Shown: positions 14,610-25,559 of the stretch, one piece after another
How positions within the stretch are numbered: position 1 is the stretch's first letter
Layout of the letters: each line of letters begins with the position of its first letter
From: Antedon mediterranea
Taxonomy: Eukaryota > Animalia > Echinodermata
NCBI RefSeq assembly: GCF_964355755.1
Contig: NC_092676.1
Coordinates: 18,928,871 to 18,992,870 of the forward strand
DNA length: 64,000 nt
Direction: 5' to 3'
Notes under the pieces: generated by a model
The model's input: the letters and a program-made list of their open reading frames with translations, nothing else
Database searches by the model: none
What the model was told of the DNA's origin: nothing
Program-made: the position numbers and the translations under genes

Positions 14610-16031
14610 CAGGGGTGGCGCCAGGATCTTCCCGACGCGGGGGCTACATTCCCCGACGAGGGGGCTATGCGAGCGAAGCGAGCATCACTAGGCTGGGGGA
14701 CAGGGGGGCCGGCAAGGGCCCCCGGTGGGGGTCCAGGGGGCGAAGCCTCCGGAAGCAACGCATTCTAGCGTCATTTGAGGTCATTTTAATCAGATTTAGG
14801 GTAGCCATTTTTTCCATTTTTTATAATGCATAAATAAAATACTGCGTGCAAAAAAACGATGCGCGATGACTGTTTCAATCCATATTTTTCAATTTAAAAA
14901 ATAAAAGTTCAACGAAAATTTAGAAAAATAGAGTTGGAGGTCCAAAATATATAAGTCCCTATCATGGTTGTGACTGAGCTAAGAAATGTTTGAAAAATAG
15001 AGATGTTAGGTCCCGGAAAATGCACTTCTTGTTCTTCGAAATATGACCAGCTTTATTGTTGGGGCTGAGCTAAGAAAATGTTTAAAACTAGAGCTGCAGG
15101 TCTTCAAAAAATTGCATTTTATACTTCGGAAACGTCAGGCCTAGAGGCTTAAAAAGCGCAAGCGTAGACCTTTTTCAGTCGGGGAAATAAGTTTATTCCT
15201 CCCAAGTGTATGCGTGCGTACCATCTGGACTTCCGAGTGGTGAGAAATTCATGACATAGGCCTACAGGATATTGAAAATGTAATAACTTAGCTATAATAA
15301 GATGTTGGCTAAGCGAAAATAGCATGTTTTTTTGTTTAGTACGGAATGGATGAAAAATTTATTTTAGGTGCCCCACGGTACAGAAGGTTACTTGTAAATT
15401 AAAAAATTGGTGAACATACGAACAATTAACATAATTCGTTTTTGCTGTAGTGTAGCGTACGTCGACGCAGTACACGACGTAACCGTCGGTAAACTTCGCC
15501 TGGAAAATAACTACAGTACACATTTTGGTCCCTGGATGGAACATGATATCACGCGTCTCGACCCAACGTTGAACGATTCGTACAAAAGTGAACGCGAACG
15601 CTTTTTACTGTATATTATATTCCCCGACAAAAAGTACCCGTGTTCCCTTCGGTAACCGTCGGTATACTTCGCCTGGAAAATAACCACATTACACATTTTA
15701 GTCCCTGGATGAAACTTGATATCACGCGTCTCGACCCAACGTTGAACGATTCGTACAAAGGGATACCGCCAGACAAGTGCGTACCTAGCTAATGTTTAGT
15801 AGTAAGTTAGATTGCATAAAAGTGCATATTAGCCCTCTGACGTACTCTCACGGTCAATTGAACGTCGTGGTTTTCTAGGCGCTGAAGCTATAGGCCTATG
15901 AAGTGAACGCGAACGTTTTTTACTGTATATTATATTCCCCGACAAAAAGTACCCGTGTTCCCCGACGGGGGGGCTAGGCTCCCCGACGAGGGGGCTAGAG
16001 CCCCCGTAGCCCCCCGCTGGCGCCACCACTG
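14610..16031. mobile_element. Non-autonomous hAT-like transposon, copy 2
   Basis: Same TIRs and internal sequence as 10152-11779; 8-bp TSD GTATGTAC (14602-14609, 16032-16039). Confidence 0.9.
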
Positions 16032-18904
16032 GTATGTACGCGCACGCCTAATATTATGTGAGCTTTCGCATCTGAACGATCAGAAGAAAGAAGACGATAA
16101 ATCTATACGAAAGATTAAACTGCGTATTAATATTGGTCCATGGGCAAACGTTTGTCCATGATTGGTCGAACTGGCATTCAGTCCAACAACCAGACGGAGC
16201 AAAGTTTATGACGTCATGGTGAAACTTTTCAACTGTAAAAAAATGGCCGCTCAGCCTACGAAGCGAAATACAGTAGCCTATACTGTATTTCATTCTGTGT
16301 TCATTCATTTTTAGTTAACTCTAAAAATTAGATATGTATATAGTAGTACATTATGTAGAATGTGTGAAGACTGTCTAAATACATAAACAAAATCAACATA
16401 GAAAAGGGCCTACTCTATTTTAGATCACCAGGCCTAAACTTTACTGACTTAATTAAGAGTAAGACATCGCCTGGCAAAAAACGTACTTTGAATAAATTCT
16501 TAAACGCCTATCAAGCCTGCAGGACGCGTATATAATCAGCTGCCTGGAGGTGGTTTAGAAGTGAGGCATGACCGTCGTCGCTGTCTTTTGTTTGTTACGT
16601 CCCGATGCGAAAGCTCATGTCTATGATATTGTGAAACTTCTAATTTGAAACAAAACAAGTAACTTTCTGTTTGCTTACTTACTTCTTAATATTCAACTGT
16701 CGGGTAGAATTCAAATATTCAACGTGTTTTATACAGTACAGAGTCACTCATGGTGCTGTCTATAGAGCCGTATTATTATTATACACGTGACACAACACGT
16801 GACACGGTTGTGTAAGCTTATAACTGTACACAATCAATACATGCCTCATTGAAAATTTAAAAACCCCGCGAAAAATACGATTTGCAATGGCCTTTTTTTC
16901 TTTTCTGGCTATCGTCTACCTTTACTATTCGCATAAAACATTTTCTCTTTTAATAGAGATATCTCTATTAATAGAGATATCATAGAAGAGATTAATTTTT
17001 CTTTATTTAACTTTATGAACCATGTCATTACCAATGATTTTCGGACATCAACACAGTAGGCCTAATGTTAATAAACGTATGAAAGTAGGGCGGGTTAGGG
17101 CAGAGGAAAATCATATTTTGCCCTTCGACCACCGCTAACACTGGGCCTACAAAGATTGGCCCTTAAGATCACATCAACTCCTCTGTATAACAGTTTGCAT
17201 AACCAAAATACAAGAAGTTCGTATTTCTAAAAACACCCGAATATTTATGCCAAAAAGGTTGTAGAGATATTATTATATACAAGAAATATTTCTTACAACA
17301 AAACGCCGCTCGACATTTTAAAATTAATCATTGTTCTTTCTTCAGATATATTAAATGATTAATTATTAACTGCAAAAATACATACAAATCAAAGATAGTT
17401 CTTTAATTATGAATCACACTATGCCTATTTTTTCACTAGTTAATTGTACTATAGATGCACATTTTTTTAATAATTTATGGACATTTTGTTACCATGGAAA
17501 CGTGTAACAAATTAAAAATATGTTGGTTAATCGTAAAAATATACAAAATCTAACATAGCTATTTAATTGTAAATCACATCATGCCCATTTTGGTTAGTGT
17601 TAGTAATCTGGTTGTATTTCATTGAATAATTGATATTTCTGCTAATTTTCAACAGCATTTGAAAGAAGACATGTGGACTTTCCAACAATGTATTATTTGC
17701 ATAATAATAATCTACTAATTAAAAAATGGCATTTAAAAATGGTAAAATTTGAACTTAATGTGCTGTGTGTGTGTGACCTCAACCTGTAGGCATGCAACTG
17801 AATACCCTCTAGAGTCAACGTGACTTCACGGTGGTACAAGTGAGAAATTCTTCCGCAGTCTGTTGATTCGCGTCAACCAATCAAAGGGCGAGAATCCAAA
17901 ATCGTTCAACCGTGGGCCCTCATAGACTCTCTTTTCCCATACGTTTTTTGGGTCCAGCAGCTGGGACCTATAAATTATAGTCGAGTTTACAAATTCACAA
18001 AACTGTCGGCCTTAGAACTATAGCTACCGCGATGATAAAAGCTTCTTAATGAGTATATCCTCTTGGGACATAGGTGGCTAAAGTCGCGACGCGAAAAAAA
18101 GAATTACATAACTTATAGAACTGTGATGGCGCTAGTTAGTCTTCGATATGCGTTATTAATAGAATGACGTAATGCATGCTATAAATAGTTGATTGCATGG
18201 ACAGGTGGATCGGCGAATTGTACGCACTTGTATTGTAACAGGACATTGTTGTTGTTGTTTCTCAATTCTTTCTTTAAATTTGCTGCTCACAATAGATATC
18301 CGCAATCACCTTCTCCATATTTTTTTCATTTTCCAGTAATCTATAAATATCATCCTGAGTGGCGTCATTTTGAAGAATAATTAATCTATGAAGAAAATAA
18401 TTTCAATTCAATAAACTTACACTTTTTACAGAGAAGCATCAAAATAACGAAATACTAATACAGAGACCTGAGAATGCCAGTAAGTTACTAAACAAAATAA
18501 TTTAAGAAAAATTACTGCAGAAAGGAGAGAATTCTTTCTTTGTTTTGTTAAAATATTAATCGAACTTGCCTAGAATCTTTCCTCCTGGCTCGTCCTCTCA
18601 ATTGAACCAGTGCTGTCGTTGTAGATGGTGTGTACAGTAAGATAACTAAATCACACTGTGGGATGTCAACGCCCTCTTCAGCAACGCTTGTTGCAACGAT
18701 CACCTAAAACACAATAAAAGAACACTGTTTATGTGGTTTTGCACTCAATAATGACGGTCTAAGTTTTCATTTACGCAATTCCATCGACATTATCTGAAAA
18801 TGAAGTTAATTTTAAAATGCATTCTCAGTCCCGGTAGTTCGTTTTATGAAAAAAGTGAGACTCCCTCTTCCCCACACATCCCCAGCAAACGGGCAAGATT
18901 CTTA

Positions 18905-19101
18905 AGCTCTGTCTACACTATCAAACTTTATATGACAAGAAAATGTGATGTGCCTATATATGGACATGATGATGTCAAATCACTACCATATTTGGGCATA
19001 TCACTACCATATTTAGGCATATCACTACCATATTTAGGCATATCACTACCATATTTGGGAACATCACATTATCAAACTAGTTTGATAGTGTAGACAGAGC
19101 T
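18905..19101. mobile_element. PIF/Harbinger-type MITE (family H2) with internal 21-bp tandem repeat
   Basis: TIRs AGCTCTGTCTACACTATCAAAC / GTTTGATAGTGTAGACAGAGCT, TTA TSD. Relatives at 57526-57670 and about 52660-52771. Confidence 0.8.
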
Positions 19102-20813
19102 TTAGGCAACTGTTAAAATTCGTCAAATTGGTCAACTTAAAACCACTTTAAGAATAAAAATAATGATTCCACAAACTTCTAACCTGGTACATTTTTCTTG
19201 TAATACACTGCAATGCTTGACGTTGCTTACTGACAGACATCCCCGGGGCCGTTGTAGTGCCATCTTTTCTTGACTTCTTGTTGCTTCCATGACCCACCAA
19301 TTTTAGTGCTTTGATTTTGTGATATTTTAAAAAGTGATGACTATAAGAGAAAATGTTAGACATTAATTTGGTCCTTTTTCCTAAGTGTATATTAATTTAC
19401 AGTAGTTTACTAGTCAGCGTTTAGAACTAGTCTCGCACAATTTCTTCCGGAGTTTTTCTGCGACATTGACAACCCTATCAAACTATGTTTTAATTACTTT
19501 AGCACTTACCTGTTTAATGTTTGCGTCAACTCTTCTGCGTCTAACCTCGTTTGAACCATAACCAAAGCAAGTGGTTCATCATCTCTTCTTTGTTCATCAA
19601 CAAATCTTCGGCGCAACTGTCGAACAATTGCTACTACCAAGTGATTCGAAATATCGCAGTTTTCAACAGATTCCACGAATCGTTTCAAGTGTTCAAATGT
19701 ACCGTAACTGAAATGTTCTTTGATAAATATTTTCACTTGAGGAAGACAGTTTCTTGTGCGTAATTGAGATATGGCAATAACCAATTGTTTCATGTAATGT
19801 ACTATATCCTCGAGGTAATTGCTCAGATTTTCTCCGTCCGACATTTCATTTAGAGCATCCAAGACCTGTACAACAGCACCACTATTCAAGACATCTTCTG
19901 GGTTAAGATTCCTGTCTTGTAACACGCAAGAAAAAACTGTTTTTGTCATTAACTGTCTTAAACAATGATTTGCCATCGCTGTAAATCCAGATAACAAGAT
20001 TTTAATTTCTTTATCAAACTCTATCTTTGTCATTTCCAGTTTGCTTTGTGACTTTACTTTATTCAACTCTTCCTTACCCTCCTTCACATATGCTATTTCT
20101 GCACTGCCTAGGTTTGTTAGCAACTGTACTAACACTGATTTTGAGTCTCTTCTAGTCGTCATTCCCGCTGGTGTTGCTGAGAATCCGATGATCTTAGGCT
20201 TGTGACGTGATACTGTGTAATGCTCTTTCATGATCATGTTATAAGGGTGATTTTTGGTACAGTGGTGTACTTCATCAAAGACTATCAAACATATGTTTTC
20301 CCAATGTACAGTTCCTTTTTTAAGCATGTTTCGAAAATATTCTTTGAAAAAGAACAAGAAAAATTATGTAGGGCCTACGCCACGTAAGGAAATGCATGCG
20401 TGTGCAAATGATGGAGGATGGAGAGAAAACCACCCATTTTCTGGCCCCTCTAAAATCTATAATTCACCTGTTTTGGATATCCCGAGATCCGCTCCAAAAG
20501 AGACTAGGCCTACTAACATAATACGAATTACAGAACTTTGAAATTCAAGATACAGTAAAATCAAAGTAGGCCTACCTGCAGTGGCTACAAGAACTTGATA
20601 CTGACTGAGAGTCCTACAGTCATTTGACGACGACTTCGTTGTGAATTGTCCGCCTCCAGTTACTCCAATCACTTCTGGAGGGTTACGACCATGTCCGTTT
20701 AACTCTTTTATTAAGTAGTCGGTTTGTTGGATACACAGAAGAATTTTGTCAACAACAAACACAGCGATTCTTTGTGGATTCATGTCCAGCATTGCTTGTA
20801 TGATCATCGCTGC

Positions 20814-20949
20814 TGTTATATCTTATGTGTCTTTATTGCATCTTTCATTGTGTGTACATACAGATTACTAACCATGTGGTTATAGTGTATCGATCTACCT
20901 TAACCCATAATGCCTTGCTTTCCCTTAGTCTCCCAATCCAGACACTACA
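20814..20949 (-). repeat. 3' LTR
   Basis: Identical to 25424-25559, adjacent to the PPT. Confidence 0.95.
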
Positions 20950-21268
20950 TCTTCCCCCTTCTTTAGCTAAACTCACAACCCAATTAACTCCATACAATAT
21001 GATATTCATTTTTTTTTTTTTTTTTTAACTTTAACAATAACAAAACAATTTAACTTTAAACTTTAAATCAAATATCATCATACATGCATATTATAAATGT
21101 TTCCTTGATCACATATCATTTCTTATTATTTCCAAGATTCCTATAATATCAATGAACAACTTAGCATATAATAGCACTTAAAACTTTCAACATCTTAACG
21201 AAATCTCAACTTCTGGTGAACTTTAAAAATTAACATAACTCATAAATATGACTTCTTAATTTTACACT

Positions 21269-24200
21269 TTAAAAATCATCAAACCTCTTGGGTTTTCTCT
21301 TCTCTCTTACTGGTCTGCTTTTAACTATCATATTTTCATTACTCTTTGTTATTTTGTCACTTTGCTCAGTATCAACTGGCTTATTCTGTTCAGTGTTATC
21401 AATCTTACTGTTACCATTAACTTTACTAGTATCAATTTGTTTTAAATTATCATTTGGTGTGTTAACATTTGCTTCATTTACTCTTTCATTATAGGATCGA
21501 ACATGTGTCGAATTCCTTTTGTATCTTACACCCTGTGGTGATTCAACCACTACACTATTCCCTTTTTTCTCTATTACTACATATGGTTCTGTGTGATATG
21601 GCGTACTCATCTTGTCCCTCTGTGTCACTTTCACTAAAACCTTATCTCCTTTACACACATCACTTTCCTTCGCACCTCTCTTCTCATCAATGTACAGTTT
21701 GTTCTTTAATTTAGACACGGCATCACGATCAGAAATTTCTTCGTCCATTATTGTATTGTCATCTAATTCTGGCAATTTTGTACGCAACTTTCTATTCCAC
21801 ATCATTTCTGCTGGTGTCACTCCGGTAACACTATGTGGGGTTGTACGATATGCGAATAGGTACACTCGTAATTCTTTTTTCCAGTCTTTTCCTTCAGCTT
21901 GCGCAATGCGAATTCTTTTCATTAGTGATCTATTTTGTCGTTCAACCTCTCCGTTTGCAGCTGGATGTAATGGTGTTACACGTCTATGTCTGATTCCATT
22001 TTCCTTCAGGTAGGTTTCAAACTCATTGGACACAAACTGGGCACCATTATCTGAGGTAATTGATTTTGGTATGCCATGTTGAACAAACATATTTTCAAGT
22101 GTGTCTATAATTTTCTCACTTGTGATTGTCTTCATTAAACTAATTTCATAATAACGACTATAATAGTCTACCACCACTAGTACATTATCCTTCGATGGAA
22201 ACGGTCCCAGCAAGTCAATCGAAATATCTTGCCATGGTCCTGTTGGTAGTTGTGTTGGCTGCAATGGTTCTGGTGCTGGCATCGAACTTGTTATCTGACA
22301 CTCATGACATGTTTTAACATAGTCTTCCACATTCTTCTCCATCCCAGGCCACCATACCTTGGTTCTAAGCCTTTGCTTGGTTTTGACTATCCCCAAGTGT
22401 CCTTGGTGTGCTAATTCAATACACTGTAATCTATATTTTTCTGGAATTACAATCCTTCTGTTTCTAAGAATTAAATATCCAAAACATGCAAGTTCTTGTT
22501 GTATTGCATTATACTGAATCAAGTCTCTGTCCCATTTATCTGTCCGTATACTATTTCTCACTTTACTCAATTCAGGATCTTCCTTTGATGCCTCTTCAAC
22601 TTCACGTGATGATAGTGCACATGGGGTTGCATTTGATGCTACCAATCGAATATACATCTCTGTGTCATCACTGTCATTATTCTGTTTGCCATCAGTTTCT
22701 ATTGGTAACCTTGATAATATATCAGCAATGTTATTCTTACCAGGTACATACTTTACTGTATAAGAATAGGACATAAGTCTCATCACCCACCTTTCAATCC
22801 GTGCATTTGGTTTAGACTTTGGTCCATACAGGCCTTCGAGTGGTTTATGGTCAGTTATCAATTCAAACTGTAGTCCATATAAGTAAACATGAAACCTTTC
22901 CATAGCCCATACCACTGCCAATGCCTCTTTCTCCGTTGTTGAATATTTCTTTTCAGTAGCTGATAATGTTCGGCTTGCATAACTTATAACTCTGGTTTCA
23001 CCATTGTATTTCTGAATTAAAACTCCACCAATGCCTACATTGCTTGCATCTGTCACCAACTGAGTACTTTCTGCATCTAATCTGAAATAGCCTAAACATG
23101 TTTCATTAGTTAAGCATTTCGTAAGTTTTACATAACTATTTTCTTGTTCAGACCCCCAATAGAAATTACAATCTTTTCGCACTAGTCGTCTTAAGGGTTC
23201 CGCAACTGTAGCTAAATTTGGAATGTATCGTGCTGAGAAGTTAACTAGACCTAAGAAACTTTTTACTTCTGCAGCTGTTTTTGGTCTCTTTGATTCTGCC
23301 AATGCTCTGACTCGCCCAATTGTAGGTTTGATTCCGTTTGCTGACAATATGTGACCCATGAATGTTATCTGTGATACAGAAAATTGACACTTATCCTTGT
23401 TGAGAGTCAAATTCTTTTCTTTAAATTTCTCAAGCACTACACGAAGTCTGTCATCATGTTCAGTCTGTGTTCTCCCGTGTACAACAATGTCATCTGATAT
23501 GTTAGCTACACCTTCGCATCCACTCAGCGTCTGACTGATTACTCTTTGGTACTTTTCAGGGGCAGCATTTATCCCGAACATCAACCTTTTGTACCGATAA
23601 AGACCTTTGTTAGTTATGAAAGTTGTGATGTTTCGTGATTGCTCATCTAATTCAATTTGGTGATAGCCGTAATTCATGTCTAATTTAGAGAACACTGTAC
23701 TTTGATTCATTTCATACAACACTTCATCAACTGTTGGGATTGGATGCCTCTCCCTTTTAACTGCTCGGTTGGCCTGCCTCATATCTACGCAGAGGCGTAT
23801 ATCCCCATTTGGTTTTGGCACTACTATGACTGGACTTACCCAATCACTTGGTTCGTCTACCCTTTCAATTATGTCAAGAGATTCTAACTCATCTAATTTA
23901 TCACTCACTTTATCTTTGAGACTAAACGGTATTCTATACATGCTCTGAACAACTGGTGTTACCTGTTCATCAATAAATAAATGTAACTTATAATCTTTTA
24001 ATTTACCAATACCTTCAAATACCTGTGTATACTTATCTTGTACACTATTTATCACTTGTGGTATTACAATATTTAACACTCCAAGCTTCATTGCAGTATC
24101 ACCTCCCAACAAAGCAGGGCCTTTCCCTTTTAACACATATACATCTGCTGTTATTTTAGGCTCAGTATTATTACCTGTACCTTGAAAAATTGACATGTTC

Positions 24201-25327
24201 GTAGTAAATTTTCCTAACAACTCTAATGGTTTTTCTGACCCATATGCATATAACTTTCTGTTTGTCAACTCAGATTTGCATTTAATTTTCTTGGATTTTA
24301 ACTGTTGCCATAAATACTGATCTATGATATTAACTGTAGCACCACTATCAACAATCATTTCTACCTTATGTACATCCATACAAACATTTATCTTTGTAGT
24401 TTTAGAATTATTATTTTGTATACCAAAAGCATAGTCATCGTCTTCACTTCCATTTTGAACATTACTAATACCACTACTCTTTTTGTCTTTACCTAATTTA
24501 GTTTTGCAACAAATAGCAAAATGTCCCAAAATTTTACATTTATTACATTTCTTGTCTCTTGCAGGACAACATTTATCCTTAGCCAAATGTCCTTCTCTTC
24601 CACAGCGAAAGCATTTCCGGTTATCTTGTCTATCATTGAACTTTGACTTACTTGTTCTGTTAGGCCTACCACTTGAATTTCCAGCTTGGTACCTGTTTCT
24701 GCTCGTCGTGCTTGATCTTGACCATCTCTCATTCCTCACTGCATTCATGTTTGTTGTTTCCACTCCATTAACTTCTTGTGACATCTCCTTTGCTTGCTTC
24801 TCACTCATTTCAAATGTGCTAGCTATTGCTTTTAAATTGGTTAATTTCAAAGTATTTCCTTTTTCTAGCAATTTTAGTCTCAGTCTATTTGATTTGCATT
24901 TTTCAATAACATGGTCTCTAATTAACTCATCAACATTCGCATCATCAAATTCACATTTTGCAGCCTGCTGCCTCAATCTGTTTATAAATTGGTGAATTGT
25001 TTCGTCATCACCTTGCGTCAGTTTTCTAAAACAATAACGCTCATACGGTACGTTGGTTTTCATAGCAAATTGTTTATTTAATGTGTTTACAACAACATCA
25101 TACTCATCTGTTCCGTTCTCCTCTGTTAAACAGTCATATATGTCCTGTACAGCCATTCCGGAGCAATGCAATAACAAAGCTTTCTTTTGGTTTTTGTCTA
25201 CTACTCCTTTACCAGTAGCATATAATTCAAAACTGCGAAGCCATTTCTTCCACCGTTCAGCCGAAGCGTGCACATCGTGTGGATCATACGCAGCGATTCC
25301 AGTGATTTCAACGTTTACAGCGGTCAT
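21269..25327 (-). CDS. Gag-Pol polyprotein of the Gypsy element (1352 aa)
   Basis: Single open ORF: gag with two zinc knuckles (CFRCGREGHLAKDKC, CNKCKILGHFAICC), protease DSGA, RT (LCVDMR, ISDD), RNase H (TDAS, EKEALA, TDHKPL), integrase (H..H..C..C, SDNG, NGEVER), in PR-RT-RH-IN order. Confidence 0.95.
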   Translation of the reverse strand: MTAVNVEITGIAAYDPHDVHASAERWKKWLRSFELYATGKGVVDKNQKKALLLHCSGMAVQDIYDCLTEENGTDEYDVVVNTLNKQFAMKTNVPYERYCFRKLTQGDDETIHQFINRLRQQAAKCEFDDANVDELIRDHVIEKCKSNRLRLKLLEKGNTLKLTNLKAIASTFEMSEKQAKEMSQEVNGVETTNMNAVRNERWSRSSTTSRNRYQAGNSSGRPNRTSKSKFNDRQDNRKCFRCGREGHLAKDKCCPARDKKCNKCKILGHFAICCKTKLGKDKKSSGISNVQNGSEDDDYAFGIQNNNSKTTKINVCMDVHKVEMIVDSGATVNIIDQYLWQQLKSKKIKCKSELTNRKLYAYGSEKPLELLGKFTTNMSIFQGTGNNTEPKITADVYVLKGKGPALLGGDTAMKLGVLNIVIPQVINSVQDKYTQVFEGIGKLKDYKLHLFIDEQVTPVVQSMYRIPFSLKDKVSDKLDELESLDIIERVDEPSDWVSPVIVVPKPNGDIRLCVDMRQANRAVKRERHPIPTVDEVLYEMNQSTVFSKLDMNYGYHQIELDEQSRNITTFITNKGLYRYKRLMFGINAAPEKYQRVISQTLSGCEGVANISDDIVVHGRTQTEHDDRLRVVLEKFKEKNLTLNKDKCQFSVSQITFMGHILSANGIKPTIGRVRALAESKRPKTAAEVKSFLGLVNFSARYIPNLATVAEPLRRLVRKDCNFYWGSEQENSYVKLTKCLTNETCLGYFRLDAESTQLVTDASNVGIGGVLIQKYNGETRVISYASRTLSATEKKYSTTEKEALAVVWAMERFHVYLYGLQFELITDHKPLEGLYGPKSKPNARIERWVMRLMSYSYTVKYVPGKNNIADILSRLPIETDGKQNNDSDDTEMYIRLVASNATPCALSSREVEEASKEDPELSKVRNSIRTDKWDRDLIQYNAIQQELACFGYLILRNRRIVIPEKYRLQCIELAHQGHLGIVKTKQRLRTKVWWPGMEKNVEDYVKTCHECQITSSMPAPEPLQPTQLPTGPWQDISIDLLGPFPSKDNVLVVVDYYSRYYEISLMKTITSEKIIDTLENMFVQHGIPKSITSDNGAQFVSNEFETYLKENGIRHRRVTPLHPAANGEVERQNRSLMKRIRIAQAEGKDWKKELRVYLFAYRTTPHSVTGVTPAEMMWNRKLRTKLPELDDNTIMDEEISDRDAVSKLKNKLYIDEKRGAKESDVCKGDKVLVKVTQRDKMSTPYHTEPYVVIEKKGNSVVVESPQGVRYKRNSTHVRSYNERVNEANVNTPNDNLKQIDTSKVNGNSKIDNTEQNKPVDTEQSDKITKSNENMIVKSRPVREKRKPKRFDDF

Positions 25328-25423
25328 CGTTACAACAGTATTAAAACAAATATATCGCCAAAAATTACAGTATTGAAACTTCTAATCACTTGTGGTTCGA
25401 TATTCTCCTTAACTCGTCGCCAA

Positions 25424-25559
25424 TGTTATATCTTATGTGTCTTTATTGCATCTTTCATTGTGTGTACATACAGATTACTAACCATGTGGTTATAGTGTAT
25501 CGATCTACCTTAACCCATAATGCCTTGCTTTCCCTTAGTCTCCCAATCCAGACACTACA
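25424..25559 (-). repeat. 5' LTR
   Basis: Identical to 20814-20949, adjacent to the PBS. Confidence 0.95.

Larger units (their letters stand above)
20814..25559 (-). mobile_element. Full-length Ty3/Gypsy LTR retrotransposon (probably Mag-like)
   Basis: Identical 136-bp TG...CA LTRs (20814-20949, 25424-25559); 5-bp TSD GCTGC (20809-20813, 25560-25564); PBS TGGCGACGAG (matches the 3' end of tRNA-Ser(GCU)) after the 5' LTR; polypurine tract AAGAAGGGGGAAGA before the 3' LTR. Confidence 0.96.

Noticed and set aside
21288-25376. + strand ORFs overlapping gag-pol and similar antisense ORFs over the helicase exons
   Set aside because: Antisense shadows of real coding sequence.
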